A stretch of DNA of 64,000 bases from Sedimentisphaerales bacterium (GTDB lineage Bacteria > Planctomycetota > Phycisphaerae > Sedimentisphaerales > SM23-30). Location of the stretch: assembly GCA_963666285.1 (NCBI GenBank), contig OY762711.1, one strand, 5' to 3'. Position numbers and translations under genes: made by a program. Below the pieces are notes generated by a model, which saw only the letters and a list, made by a program, of their open reading frames with translations, did not search any database and was not told where the DNA came from. Below are positions 10,501 through 19,417 of the stretch, one piece after another (positions within the stretch are counted from its first letter, which is position 1; every line of letters starts with the position of its first letter).

Positions 10501-10771
10501 GAACCTCTCTAACACCATCTACCTTGGTAACACAGATTCGCTTAATCTGGCCGTCTACAAGCATTTCACAAGCTCCGCACTTGCCAATACCACACTCCAA
10601 ACTACGCTTGCGGTTGGTTAAACTATGGCTGTGAACCGGAAATCCTGCCTGATGCAGTGCCGCAGCAATAGTGAAGCCCTTTTCTCCTGATATAAGATGA
10701 CCTTCATATCTGAAAGTAACTTTTTCTTTTTCTGTAACGTCTAAAATCGGATGAGTTGAAATCCTGTACAA
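7550..10771 (-). CDS. Fused FAD/Fe-S oxidoreductase (2Fe-2S + NAD(P)/FAD Rossmann + 2x4Fe-4S + BFD-like 2Fe-2S + DAO-type), proline dehydrogenase/sarcosine oxidase/HcnABC-like
   Basis: CGIGKCGAC..C; IIGAGPSG; ATGA..LPGVY; VGAGNIG; CNPCAFACP / CTGCMQCISQCP; CHCDDV..TRLGMGACRGKRC; VAGGGIGG..GASWRNIAG..GQGFMLG. TTG start with GGAG RBS. Confidence 0.85.
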   Translation of the reverse strand: MYRISTHPILDVTEKEKVTFRYEGHLISGEKGFTIAAALHQAGFPVHSHSLTNRKRSLECGIGKCGACEMLVDGQIKRICVTKVDGVREVRDIPLDYKPGVQLPEIREHINVYRTKVVIIGAGPSGLAVRETLQQAGVHNIVLDNNSQIGGQFLMQTHQFFFFEKQKKYGGMRGFDIADSLAGDNHDNIFLNCTVWDLLENNRVAVKNLETGEIFYIDTQFLVVATGAVPFMPPFENDDLPGVYTAAVVQKMMNTQLTLLGKNVLTVGAGNIGYLTSYQLMQAGVKVKAILEAKDEEGGFPVQANRIKRLGVPILLEHILIKAIPNDNHDGIVGAVIAQSKNFEPIEGTEKIIRGIEAINICTGLVPDSTLLTKGCEVFGRHCYGVGDAVRIGEGTSAVLHGKRVAYEIIQELNLDYDHNEYLAVSKEYIDSQQHPVRILEAPVLPDIERQERPFVLIDCLYGFACNPCAFACPFGAISKSSTSSVPEIDYDKCTGCMQCISQCPGLAMFGYDLQKRILFLPVEREAEEGKEVYLVGNDGRKLGAGHIMKIIKKPNKTNIVKIQADSDNNGDLLQVRGYIEVESYPENLFFEPNTQDIEAVTYICHCDDVKLDEILDVVGKRNYITIEEIKHTTRLGMGACRGKRCIGRLKPLLASKGIQVIGEATPRAPLSNQVTMGELYIKDVPQVLHTQKLSPTFETEYLVAGGGIGGSALFRYLSEAGLKPMLVNYGFGASWRNIAGGRNVFTRPELSEIASQNKSIFEDLNKKSNVDYCETDYVTFVHDRESYNVLDASRAWSDAVMIEPSDFSRYISPYMNPNLKKYIAAMITKGCWQASPGKVIDLLRTIGKAKEGRILEDCKLVDIDKTDTGYTALVYDHNRHYHKINAKYFINALGSEAEKFADKLGYSTGLYAVKHQAFITRRMPFMGIDKKPLGMLIDRRNYKGFTAVYGQQLQETGQIIGCATPLYDPQEVNKDLKVNTDDFMRIISEVFIDWIPELSSVGLQAVWAGNYVEPRIIIDTQRGLFVGLRGQGFMLGQYLAKLYVDKLLGKEVPEYFHSLSLEGEGLSEEMLK

Positions 10772-10934
10772 AGCATGCTCCTGCTAACCCCCAATATCTG
10801 TTATTAATAAACCTACAAATCATAAGTAAAGATTTAACAAAAAATCAAAAAATCATTACCGGCACTTAATAATACTTATCAACAAATTCATAAGCATTTA
10901 AGGAAAGTCATAAAAACAAGAACCTTAATATCTA

Positions 10935-11513
10935 CTAAAAGCTCTCCAGCAATTCCCTCAGCAACTCCAGCGGCAACCCAACAACATTTGACTCACTACC
11001 TATAATATTGTCCACAAACTTATCGCCGCCCTCCTGGTATGCATACGCACCTGCCTTACCCTCCCAGGCACCTGACTCCAGGTAAGCATCCAGCTCTTCA
11101 TTAGTCATCGCACGCATATCAAGCTCTGTTACATCATGAGTAATTACCTTATGCCCTTTGGATGGACTCACTATCGCCAGGCCGGTTATCACTTTACTTG
11201 CTCCTGAAAAATAATGCGTCAGAATATGCTTGGCATGATCGACACACTTCGGCTTACCTATAATTCGACCGGAATGCACACAAACCGTGTCAGCTGCTAT
11301 TATCACCGCATGAGGATGCGCCTGAGCAACTTCCGCTGCCTTCAGATACGCCAGCGACTCTACCCAAACCTCCGGGGCCTGAGACACTTCCCATCCAGGC
11401 ACAGGCTCTTCTACATTTGCCGGTACAATATCAAAATCTGAGATTATCTCCTTTAACAAACCTGCTCGTCTGGGAGAACCACTTGCCAGTATAATTCTTA
11501 CATCTGATTTCAT
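10935..11513 (-). CDS. maf: Maf family nucleoside triphosphate pyrophosphatase
   Basis: ILASGSPRR, IAADTVC, IGKP, GKAGAY, SNVVGLP. Confidence 0.93.
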   Translation of the reverse strand: MKSDVRIILASGSPRRAGLLKEIISDFDIVPANVEEPVPGWEVSQAPEVWVESLAYLKAAEVAQAHPHAVIIAADTVCVHSGRIIGKPKCVDHAKHILTHYFSGASKVITGLAIVSPSKGHKVITHDVTELDMRAMTNEELDAYLESGAWEGKAGAYAYQEGGDKFVDNIIGSESNVVGLPLELLRELLESF

Positions 11514-11578
11514 ATTATTTTCCTGGGCCTAAGCGAACACCATCTCTACCGCCCACTGCCTGCTCAATAGTGTCTTCC

Positions 11579-12850
11579 TTATATTTTCTCATGCAGGTAT
11601 TTCTTTCCTTCCGGACCAAAATCCGCCACCGCATGACCGTTTCCTGCCATCAACCATTTATATATCGTTAAACCTTCCAGACCAACCGGCCCGCGAGAAT
11701 GGATCTTTCCGGTACTAATTCCCACCTCAGCTCCCAGGCCATAACGGAAACCATCGGCAAACCTGGTCGAACAATTCCAGAACACGCTCGAAGAATCCAC
11801 TAATGCCATAAACTCCTTCGCACAACCCTCGTTCTCCGTCACAATGCAATCTGTATGCCCTGAACCGTATTTGTTAATATGTTCTATTGCTTCTCCCAGG
11901 CTGTCCACCATCGCGATCGACAATATCATATCATTATATTCTGTCGCCCAGTCCTGCTCTGTCGCAGGCTTGCAGTTTATAACCTCACGCACACGCTCGT
12001 CTCCGCGGAGCTCTACATTAGCTTCTTCATACTCCTCGGCCAGCCGCAGCAATACGGTCTCCGCTATCGAACTGTGTACCAGCAAGGTCTCCATTGCATT
12101 ACATACCGCAGGATACTGACACTTGCTGTCAAACGCTACCCTCACGGCTTTATCAATATCAGCCCCCTCGTCAATATATACATGACAGATACCATCGGCA
12201 TGACCCATTACCGGTATCTTTGTATTATTCATAATATACTGCACAAATTCGTTCGAACCGCGAGGGATCACAAGATCAATATACTTGTCCATCGCCAGCA
12301 TAGCCTTTACATCGTCACGCGTCTCCAGCAAGGCCATCCACCCTACCGGCATACCGGCCGCCAGCGAAGCATTATAAATCGTATCTGCCAATACTCGGTT
12401 TGTATTTGCCGCTTCGCTCCCACCTTTCAGCAGCACGGCATTTCCGCTCTTCAACGCCAGCGTCGATATCTGCACCAATGCATCAGGGCGGCTCTCAAAT
12501 ACTATTCCCAGTACCCCTATCGGGCAACGTACACGCCTCAAAACCAGACCTTCATCAAGTTTCACTGCATCCATCTGCTGACCAACCGGATCTTCCAGCT
12601 TTATCAGCGATTCAATACCGTCAATTACACCGTCCAGCTTGCCGCGGTCAAACTTCAACCGTTTAAGCAACGCCCCGGCCAAACCTGCCTTACGCGAATT
12701 TTCCAGATCCTGCTCATTTGCTCTGAATATTTTATCACTTGCAGCTTCAAGGGCCTTCGCCACCTCGGCAAGTGCGGCATTTTTCATTTCACCAGACAAT
12801 GACGCCGCCTTGATCGATGCCTGGCGGGCCGATTTTGCGGTCTGTTCCAT
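11579..12850 (-). CDS. proA: Gamma-glutamyl phosphate reductase (glutamate-5-semialdehyde dehydrogenase)
   Basis: PIGVLGIVFESRP, LKSGNAVLLKGGSEA, IPRGS, YPAVCNAMETLL, GSGHTD, STRFADGFRYGLGAEVGISTGKIHSRGPVGLE. Confidence 0.97.
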   Translation of the reverse strand: MEQTAKSARQASIKAASLSGEMKNAALAEVAKALEAASDKIFRANEQDLENSRKAGLAGALLKRLKFDRGKLDGVIDGIESLIKLEDPVGQQMDAVKLDEGLVLRRVRCPIGVLGIVFESRPDALVQISTLALKSGNAVLLKGGSEAANTNRVLADTIYNASLAAGMPVGWMALLETRDDVKAMLAMDKYIDLVIPRGSNEFVQYIMNNTKIPVMGHADGICHVYIDEGADIDKAVRVAFDSKCQYPAVCNAMETLLVHSSIAETVLLRLAEEYEEANVELRGDERVREVINCKPATEQDWATEYNDMILSIAMVDSLGEAIEHINKYGSGHTDCIVTENEGCAKEFMALVDSSSVFWNCSTRFADGFRYGLGAEVGISTGKIHSRGPVGLEGLTIYKWLMAGNGHAVADFGPEGKKYLHEKI

Positions 12851-12910
12851 ATATCACAACTCCAAAACTATTATATTAAAATCCAAATGATTATTTACTT
12901 TAAATATTTG

Positions 12911-12939
12911 ATTATATAAAATCAGACCATAAAAGACAA
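12911..12939 (-). promoter_or_regulatory. Putative sigma-70 promoter of proA-maf
   Basis: Minus strand TTGTCT-17 bp-TATAAT, about 60 bp upstream of the proA ATG. Confidence 0.6.
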
Positions 12940-12974
12940 TAAAAATAGGAACCACGGCATGACACCATGGTTCC
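12938..12974 (-). terminator. Intrinsic terminator downstream of the aldolase-like gene
   Basis: Minus strand GGAACCATGG-7 nt-CCGTGGTTCC followed by TATTTTTATT. Confidence 0.65.
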
Positions 12975-13084
12975 ATTCTCTTTTTTTACGCTACATTGGA
13001 AAGTTTTCTTATCAATACATCAAACGCAAACCTAAATAATTCGCTTAAAATATCAATTTATTCCATCCTCAAAAGACCAACTGC

Positions 13085-14035
13085 TTACTGGCTGCTGCAC
13101 AAATTCTCATAGAACTCACGATAGTTCTCCTTATCTGCTGAGTTTCTCAACGCCATCGCAGCCTTAGGATGCTCATTCAGCATACCGGCAATCGCATAAG
13201 GAATAATATAACCCCATTCTATTTCTTTTCGCAGCGGAACAAACTCACTCGAAATCAGCTCAAGGATCGGGCTCAGGTTAAACTTCGGATTCTTCAAAAA
13301 GCCCAACAACAGTTCCAGTGGACAGTTTCCGGCCGCACGACCAATTCCATATACTGTCGCATCCAGATAATTGGCTCCGTGAATAATACCTTCAATTGTA
13401 TTTCCAAATGCCAGCTGCTGGTTATTATGACCATGGAAACCTGTCTCAATTCCGGCTTCACCCAGGATGCTCACAAATTTCTTCGTCAGTTCTTCCATTG
13501 ACTCTTGATAAAGTGTTCCAAAGCTGTCAACAATATATACCGCATTAACCTTGGCCTCCTTGGCAATCTGCGCTAAGGCGGCATCCAACTCTGGACCCTG
13601 ATCGCGTGAAATCGCCATTATATTAATACAGGTCTCATAGCCCAGACCATGAAATGTATTATTCATCGCTATCGCTTTATCTACATCTTTAACATACATC
13701 GCGGTACGAACCAGGCTAACCGGGCTCTGATCAGCCTGCTTGACATTATTCATATCAACCCTGCCTATATCTGCCATAACCGATATCTTGGTATTGGTCT
13801 CAATTCCATCAATCACCTCTTCCAGCAGATCATCGTCACAAAACTTCCAGGGTCCATATTCTTCCGGGCTAAACAGGTCTTTGCTGTTCTTATAACCCAG
13901 TTCACAATAATCAACTCCGGAAGCAGCAATAGCCTTATATACTGTACGCACAAATTTCTTATCGAACTGATGATTATTTATCAAACCACCATCTCGAATT
14001 GTGCAATCCAGAACTTTTATCTGTTCTCTAAACAT
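13085..14035 (-). CDS. DRE-TIM metallolyase / HMGL-like aldolase (4-hydroxy-2-oxovalerate aldolase-like), substrate unknown
   Basis: LDCTIRDGG, YIVDSFG, GFHGHNNQQLAFGN, DATVYGIGRAAGNCPLE. GAGGTG RBS suggests ATG 14035 or 14038. Confidence 0.82.
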   Translation of the reverse strand: MFREQIKVLDCTIRDGGLINNHQFDKKFVRTVYKAIAASGVDYCELGYKNSKDLFSPEEYGPWKFCDDDLLEEVIDGIETNTKISVMADIGRVDMNNVKQADQSPVSLVRTAMYVKDVDKAIAMNNTFHGLGYETCINIMAISRDQGPELDAALAQIAKEAKVNAVYIVDSFGTLYQESMEELTKKFVSILGEAGIETGFHGHNNQQLAFGNTIEGIIHGANYLDATVYGIGRAAGNCPLELLLGFLKNPKFNLSPILELISSEFVPLRKEIEWGYIIPYAIAGMLNEHPKAAMALRNSADKENYREFYENLCSSQ

Positions 14036-14309
14036 CATCTTCACCTCAAATTAGGGACTCACTGAAAAAATGTCAACAAAACTGTTATTATAAATAGAAA
14101 CAGCAGGATTTTAGATTATAACAATTATTTTCACTATTTCAAAGATTATATTAACCAATTTTCAAATTGAGTAATTAGAGGAAATGACACATACTAGCAA
14201 CCAAACAACACAATAAATCAACTTAAGGCATTGCAAATAAACTATTTACAAAAACAAGCAGGCTGGTAATTAATCACACTAAACCACCTACCTTGATATC
14301 CATGGTTAT

Positions 14310-16541
14310 TTAGTCATTAATTATCGAACGATCAAAAATATCTTCGTTATATATCAGGGTCGAACTCAGCCAGTCATAAGCCAGGTCGCTCAAATCCTGT
14401 ATCGCATCCCCATCCAGCCAAACCACCGCCAGAAGCTCAAAATCATACATATCAACCACACAATCGGAATTAAGATCGCCAGGCAGATACCCCCACGTAC
14501 CGCATACATCTTCTTCAATAGAAACACTGACCTCACGATAAATATCGTCGAAAGTGTCATCACTGCTTACCACATAATGACCTATCGTCTTAACACTACC
14601 CGCCCAGCTTCCTGGCTCTGTTATCGAAACAACTACTGTTTGCTCCTGGTTCCAGTTCGAACTGTCAAATGCCAGTGTCTTTACCACACCGGAACCTCGA
14701 CCAACACTTATCCCGGAAGATGGAGCCACCATCACATTCACACTACTCACCGGCTCATTATTCAAAACCAGGGTATAACTGTCAGTATACGCAGCACTAT
14801 TACTGTACAACCTCGTATTGCCATCTGTCTCAACTATTGTCACCGGCTCATAGAACAATAATTCGTTCTTTGCCAACGCCTTATCACTGAACCGCACATT
14901 GTCAATATATCCATCAATCTGATCGACCAGGTTGCCGTTATACCAGCCTCTCCCGAACGTCCACACTCCTGACGTTGCCAGCGCGTTTTCTGCCGATGTA
15001 TATGCAGACATATCCTGGCGGCCTATCTCCTGGTATCCGTTTCCATCCAGCGCATCACAATATAAAAGCAAAGTTGCTCCATCACATGTCAGCGCCAAAT
15101 GATACCATTGCCCGGCCTCCTGCACATAATCACTGTCCAACACCCATCGCTGACCGCCAACCGTTGCTAAATTCACCCGAAAACTGTCATTCAGGCCGTC
15201 ATTCTGCAGATAGAAATCTGACTCAGCCTCACTTCGGCTCGAACCATCCCTGCCAATAATCGTATTCCAGCCGGCCAGGCTGTTCAACATAACTGAAACC
15301 TCAATCGTCCACCGTTCTGGCTCCCACCCATTCAGCGGGGCATCCAGGGTATAACCATCCTGAATACCGTTACAATAAGCTGACAATCCGCTCCCGTTAT
15401 AAGTAATATCAGAATACGATGGTCCATAAGTCGAATCATATCCTCTGATCACATACCCGTTCACCCGGTCAACCGAACCATGTATTGGCATATCATAAAA
15501 CGGCAAACCATTCTCGCCGTCTTCAAAATCCCAGTACCCAACTGTATTTCCCTCTGACATCACCACTCCTACCATATCGCCCAGCACCGGCCAGCCGGCC
15601 TGATCCCAACCCATCTCATTTACACGCAGTGTTGGTGTCCCGCCCAAATTACCATCATATACATGATACGAAAAATAATCCTGACCGTTTACTGTTGTTA
15701 TATCGGCATGACCCGGCCCTATCCAGCGACCATTATTACCCACAAATAGCGTCCCGCCAGTTCCATAGAGCATTGACCGTCCGGCCTTGTCAACATACGG
15801 CCCAGTGATCGAAGTCGACCGGCCCACTACTATCTGATATGTACTGTCAACTCCGCTGCAGCAGCTGTCCCAGTTCACAAACAGGTAATAATACCCGTCC
15901 CGATAAATTATATACGAGGCCTCTGAGGCTGTGGAACTGTTACGCCTGGCCAGCTGATAAATCGTCGGCGGTGTAGTCGTAGGCTTAAGCGTACTGTTAT
16001 TCAGAGGCGTCAGCATTATCCCCTCCCAGTACGAACCAAACACCAGCCACATATCGCCATTAGCATCCTCTACAAACGTTCCATCGATCGCGTTATAAGT
16101 CGGCGAACCGCTCGGCGGCGAACTCAGTATTTCACCTTCATCCACCCATTCATAATTCGAGGCATAAGGGTTCAGCGTCTCATTAGACAACAGCCCCAGC
16201 AGCGAAGTCTGCGAACCAAAAGTCGAAGCAGAGTAGCATATATAATATTTTCCGTTATAATACGTCACATCTGGTGCCCAGATATCTGACACTCCTTCCA
16301 CCTTATCCTGCACCCATTGCGGTATATTCGGCATAACTCTACCCATATAATCCCAATAGATCAGATCCTGTGACCGTCGTACATCGAGACTACCGGTAGA
16401 ATATACATAATAATAACCGTCCGAATAAATCATGGACGGGTCATGCACATTGCGCATCTGCTGATCAACGGAAATCTGACCATACAAAACAACACTAAAC
16501 AGGCAAACTACTGTCAGACATAGAGATATGTAATTCCTCAT
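14310..16541 (-). CDS. Secreted GH43 endo-1,5-alpha-L-arabinanase-like enzyme with LamG and dockerin-like C-terminus
   Basis: Signal peptide; VHDPS, WAPD, NAIDG, FGSYW.GI, EASYI, YYLFV.WD.CC, VVGRS..ITGPY.D, GPGH; LamG domain; tail GDLNSDCVVDMYDF..LA..WL. ATG 16541 follows GGAG. Confidence 0.88.
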   Translation of the reverse strand: MRNYISLCLTVVCLFSVVLYGQISVDQQMRNVHDPSMIYSDGYYYVYSTGSLDVRRSQDLIYWDYMGRVMPNIPQWVQDKVEGVSDIWAPDVTYYNGKYYICYSASTFGSQTSLLGLLSNETLNPYASNYEWVDEGEILSSPPSGSPTYNAIDGTFVEDANGDMWLVFGSYWEGIMLTPLNNSTLKPTTTPPTIYQLARRNSSTASEASYIIYRDGYYYLFVNWDSCCSGVDSTYQIVVGRSTSITGPYVDKAGRSMLYGTGGTLFVGNNGRWIGPGHADITTVNGQDYFSYHVYDGNLGGTPTLRVNEMGWDQAGWPVLGDMVGVVMSEGNTVGYWDFEDGENGLPFYDMPIHGSVDRVNGYVIRGYDSTYGPSYSDITYNGSGLSAYCNGIQDGYTLDAPLNGWEPERWTIEVSVMLNSLAGWNTIIGRDGSSRSEAESDFYLQNDGLNDSFRVNLATVGGQRWVLDSDYVQEAGQWYHLALTCDGATLLLYCDALDGNGYQEIGRQDMSAYTSAENALATSGVWTFGRGWYNGNLVDQIDGYIDNVRFSDKALAKNELLFYEPVTIVETDGNTRLYSNSAAYTDSYTLVLNNEPVSSVNVMVAPSSGISVGRGSGVVKTLAFDSSNWNQEQTVVVSITEPGSWAGSVKTIGHYVVSSDDTFDDIYREVSVSIEEDVCGTWGYLPGDLNSDCVVDMYDFELLAVVWLDGDAIQDLSDLAYDWLSSTLIYNEDIFDRSIIND

Positions 16542-16650
16542 CGTATTCTCCACCTATCAGACTCTCTCGTATTTCTTTTCCTGCCCTATCTAAATCACAC
16601 ATTCACAGGATTGTAGCTTCCATTTTACTTATCGATCAAATACTGTATCC

Positions 16651-16679
16651 AATTTAACACTTGAATAAAGAGAGGTCAA
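16651..16679 (-). promoter_or_regulatory. Putative sigma-70 promoter of the GH43 gene
   Basis: Minus strand TTGACC-17 bp-TAAATT with TG extension. Confidence 0.5.
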
Positions 16680-16876
16680 CTTTTATCTTATCTCATTTAC
16701 ACACCAATACTCAATTGTAGATTCCCTGATTTATCATAAAACACTCAGTGATACTCCTCTACTATTATTCACTCCTGCCTTTTCTTTCAATATCTTCTCG
16801 CCTTCTCTTCCATAGCATTCCTATAATATAGCGTTAAAACAAGTAAAATGGTTATCAAATTTTATACGGAGTCAAA

Positions 16877-17092
16877 ATGAAAAAGAACAATATCCTCAAA
16901 CTCTTAAACCTGCTGCTCTTTATTTCTATGCTCTTTCAGGCAGTGCTGATCTTCGGCCACGATCTATTCACACGCGATGTATTTATGCCGACCCACATGT
17001 GGAATGGCAGAGTCCTTATCATTCTCGCCATTATCCACCTCATACTGAACTGGTCCTGGGTAACGGCAAACTTCCTGCCCAAAAAGAAATAA
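16877..17092 (+). CDS. Small two-helix membrane protein, DUF4405-like
   Basis: GGAG RBS; two hydrophobic helices with the H..G..L..L.IIHLILNW.W pattern. Confidence 0.7.
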   Translation: MKKNNILKLLNLLLFISMLFQAVLIFGHDLFTRDVFMPTHMWNGRVLIILAIIHLILNWSWVTANFLPKKK

Positions 17093-17199
17093 ATACACAA
17101 AGGCAGTAAGCCAATTATAATTTGCCATCCTCCATATCAGTAGACAAAACATTGCCGACCACAACAGTTTAATATAAGAACACATCAACTTTAAAACAT

Positions 17200-17240
17200 G
17201 AATTGAGGTGTTGACAAACACCTCAATTCTTCATTATTCA
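17200..17240. repeat. Perfect 13-bp inverted repeat (REP-like, or terminator between convergent genes)
   Basis: GAATTGAGGTGTT-GACA-AACACCTCAATTC. The right arm plus flank recurs at 4622-4638. Confidence 0.6.
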
Positions 17241-17323
17241 TATCAGCAGGCAAAAGAAAAACTAATCGCTCAAAATTATATTTTCAGTGGTTGCCTTAAC
17301 TCTTATTTTTACTCTTAATATAT

Positions 17324-19075
17324 TTATTCGCCAACCTTCAACTCATCCCATAACATGGCAACCGTCTCCAGCACTTTCTCGATAGCTTTATCAACCGGAA
17401 CCGCAACCCTGTCAGCTTCACGACGCAGCTTTATCTCGACCTCACCGTTTTCCAGGGTCTTCTTTCCAACCGTCACCCGCACTGGAATACCAATCAGATC
17501 GGCATCCTTAAACTTAACCCCTGCTCGCTGATTTCGGTCATCATAAGCTACATCAATATTATTATCCAGCAGTTCAAGATATATCTTCTCGGCTGCCGCT
17601 GCGACTTCTTCATCATTTGGATTTGCTGTCGTCACTAGTACTTCAAATGGAGCGATACTAATCGGCCAGATAACTCCATTATCATCATGGTTCAGCTCGA
17701 TTGCTGACGCCATTATACGATTAATGCCAATACCATAACAGCCCATCAGGCAAGTCTTACGTTTGCCGGACTCATCCAAAAAGTCTGCTCCTAGTTTCTT
17801 ACTATACTTATCACCAAGTTTAAATACCTGGCCAACCTCAATACCACGCTTAAACAGCAGTTTCTTACCCTGGTATGTATCACCTTCAACGGCATTACGA
17901 ATATCAATTACTTCAATATTGTCTCCTTCCAGCGGAAAATCCCTGCCAGGTACGACATTGCCAATATGATAATCTGTTTTATTCGCTCCGTTATAACCTA
18001 TCGCCATTGCAGCAATAGCATGATCGATAAACACACGCGATACTTTATTACAAATACCTACCGGACCGGCATATCCAATGTCGGCACCTGTCAGCTCAAT
18101 TACATCTGCCTCATCCGCCAGATCAGGTGCTACTCCGCCCAGAGCCTGGGTCAGTTTCTCGATATTCAGTTCATGGTCACCACGCAATACACATATACAC
18201 AGCTCATTCTTTTCGCCATACGAATATACCAGGCACTTCATCATTTCATGCGGCTGGGTCTTCATATATGCACAGGCATCTTCTATCCGACCTGCCCCAG
18301 GTGTATGCATATCTACTATCGCTGGCGCATTCTCAATCGGTGGCTGTTTAGGCAGCGGATCAACCGGCGCCTTTTCGATATTTGCCGCATATTCATGATC
18401 CTCGGTATATACAATAACATCCTCACCATTTTCACATGGTACTGTAAACTGATGTGAGCCGCTTCCGCCCATCTCACCGGCTTCGGCTACTACCACCACA
18501 TAATCTACCCCGCAGCGTTCAAATACCCTGCAGTATGCATCATACATTGTGCGATAGCTCTTCTCCAGCATAACCTCATCGGCATCGAAACTATAAGCAT
18601 CTTTCATTGTAAATTCACGGCTGCGAAGCACACCAAATCGAGGACGAAACTCATCTCGATACTTTGTATTGATCTGATACAGGTTTACCGGCAGCTGCTT
18701 ATATGAACTGATCTCATTTGCTCCTACCACTGTCATTACTTCTTCAGCTGTTGGCGATAAAACATTCTCCCTGCCGTGACGATCGGTAAAATGACCTAGT
18801 GTCTCACCATAATCAAGATCACGACCGGTTGTCTGCCATAGCTCCATAGGCTGCACTATTGGTAATAGCACTTCCTGTGCCCCTGCCAGGTCCATCTCTT
18901 CCCGAACTATACCGATTATCTTATTCAAAACCCTGTTTCCAAGCGGCAGATAAGCATATGTACCACTGGCTACCTTACGAATCATACCGGCTCGAATCAT
19001 TAGCTGATGGGATGGTATTTCAGCATCATTTGGAACTTCTTTTACTGTACCAAGAGCAAATTTATCTAATCTCAT
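17324..19075 (-). CDS. proS: Proline--tRNA ligase (bacterial type with editing insertion)
   Basis: SHQLMIRAG, LSPTAEE, SYKQLP.NLYQI.TKYRDE.RPRFG.LRSREF.MKDAYSF, RGDHELN, GIEVGQVFKLG, MGCYGIG..R, GVKFKDADLIG. Confidence 0.98.
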   Translation of the reverse strand: MRLDKFALGTVKEVPNDAEIPSHQLMIRAGMIRKVASGTYAYLPLGNRVLNKIIGIVREEMDLAGAQEVLLPIVQPMELWQTTGRDLDYGETLGHFTDRHGRENVLSPTAEEVMTVVGANEISSYKQLPVNLYQINTKYRDEFRPRFGVLRSREFTMKDAYSFDADEVMLEKSYRTMYDAYCRVFERCGVDYVVVVAEAGEMGGSGSHQFTVPCENGEDVIVYTEDHEYAANIEKAPVDPLPKQPPIENAPAIVDMHTPGAGRIEDACAYMKTQPHEMMKCLVYSYGEKNELCICVLRGDHELNIEKLTQALGGVAPDLADEADVIELTGADIGYAGPVGICNKVSRVFIDHAIAAMAIGYNGANKTDYHIGNVVPGRDFPLEGDNIEVIDIRNAVEGDTYQGKKLLFKRGIEVGQVFKLGDKYSKKLGADFLDESGKRKTCLMGCYGIGINRIMASAIELNHDDNGVIWPISIAPFEVLVTTANPNDEEVAAAAEKIYLELLDNNIDVAYDDRNQRAGVKFKDADLIGIPVRVTVGKKTLENGEVEIKLRREADRVAVPVDKAIEKVLETVAMLWDELKVGE

Positions 19076-19156
19076 TATTTATTCCTTTTATCGATTTACT
19101 GTAAATCATTACAGACAAAACACATACATAAACATACATTATTCTGTAAACTTAAA

Positions 19157-19185
19157 ATGATATACGAAAAACACCATAAAATCAA
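19157..19185 (-). promoter_or_regulatory. Putative sigma-70 promoter of proS
   Basis: Minus strand TTGATT-17 bp-TATCAT, about 80 bp upstream of the ATG. Confidence 0.55.
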
Positions 19186-19417
19186 GCCATATCCCAGTTG
19201 CGGCTATCCTGACGGCATAATCCAACTTTTCAATCTAACATATTCAGCCCGAAATATCTCAGATGTTTACAATATAAACAGAGTAAGCATTCGCAGGTGC
19301 GTTATTTGCGTCAGATTATCTGTTTGCGAAGCTTTAAAATAAGTCGCGATAAACGATACCTTAACTTATTTCTTTTTACTGTAACCGTGTGAACGGTTAC
19401 TAAACAGACTGTTTTTA

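Noticed and set aside
11879..12802. 307-aa plus-strand ORF
   Set aside because: Entirely antisense to proA, with His/Gln/Arg-rich shadow-ORF composition and no motifs.
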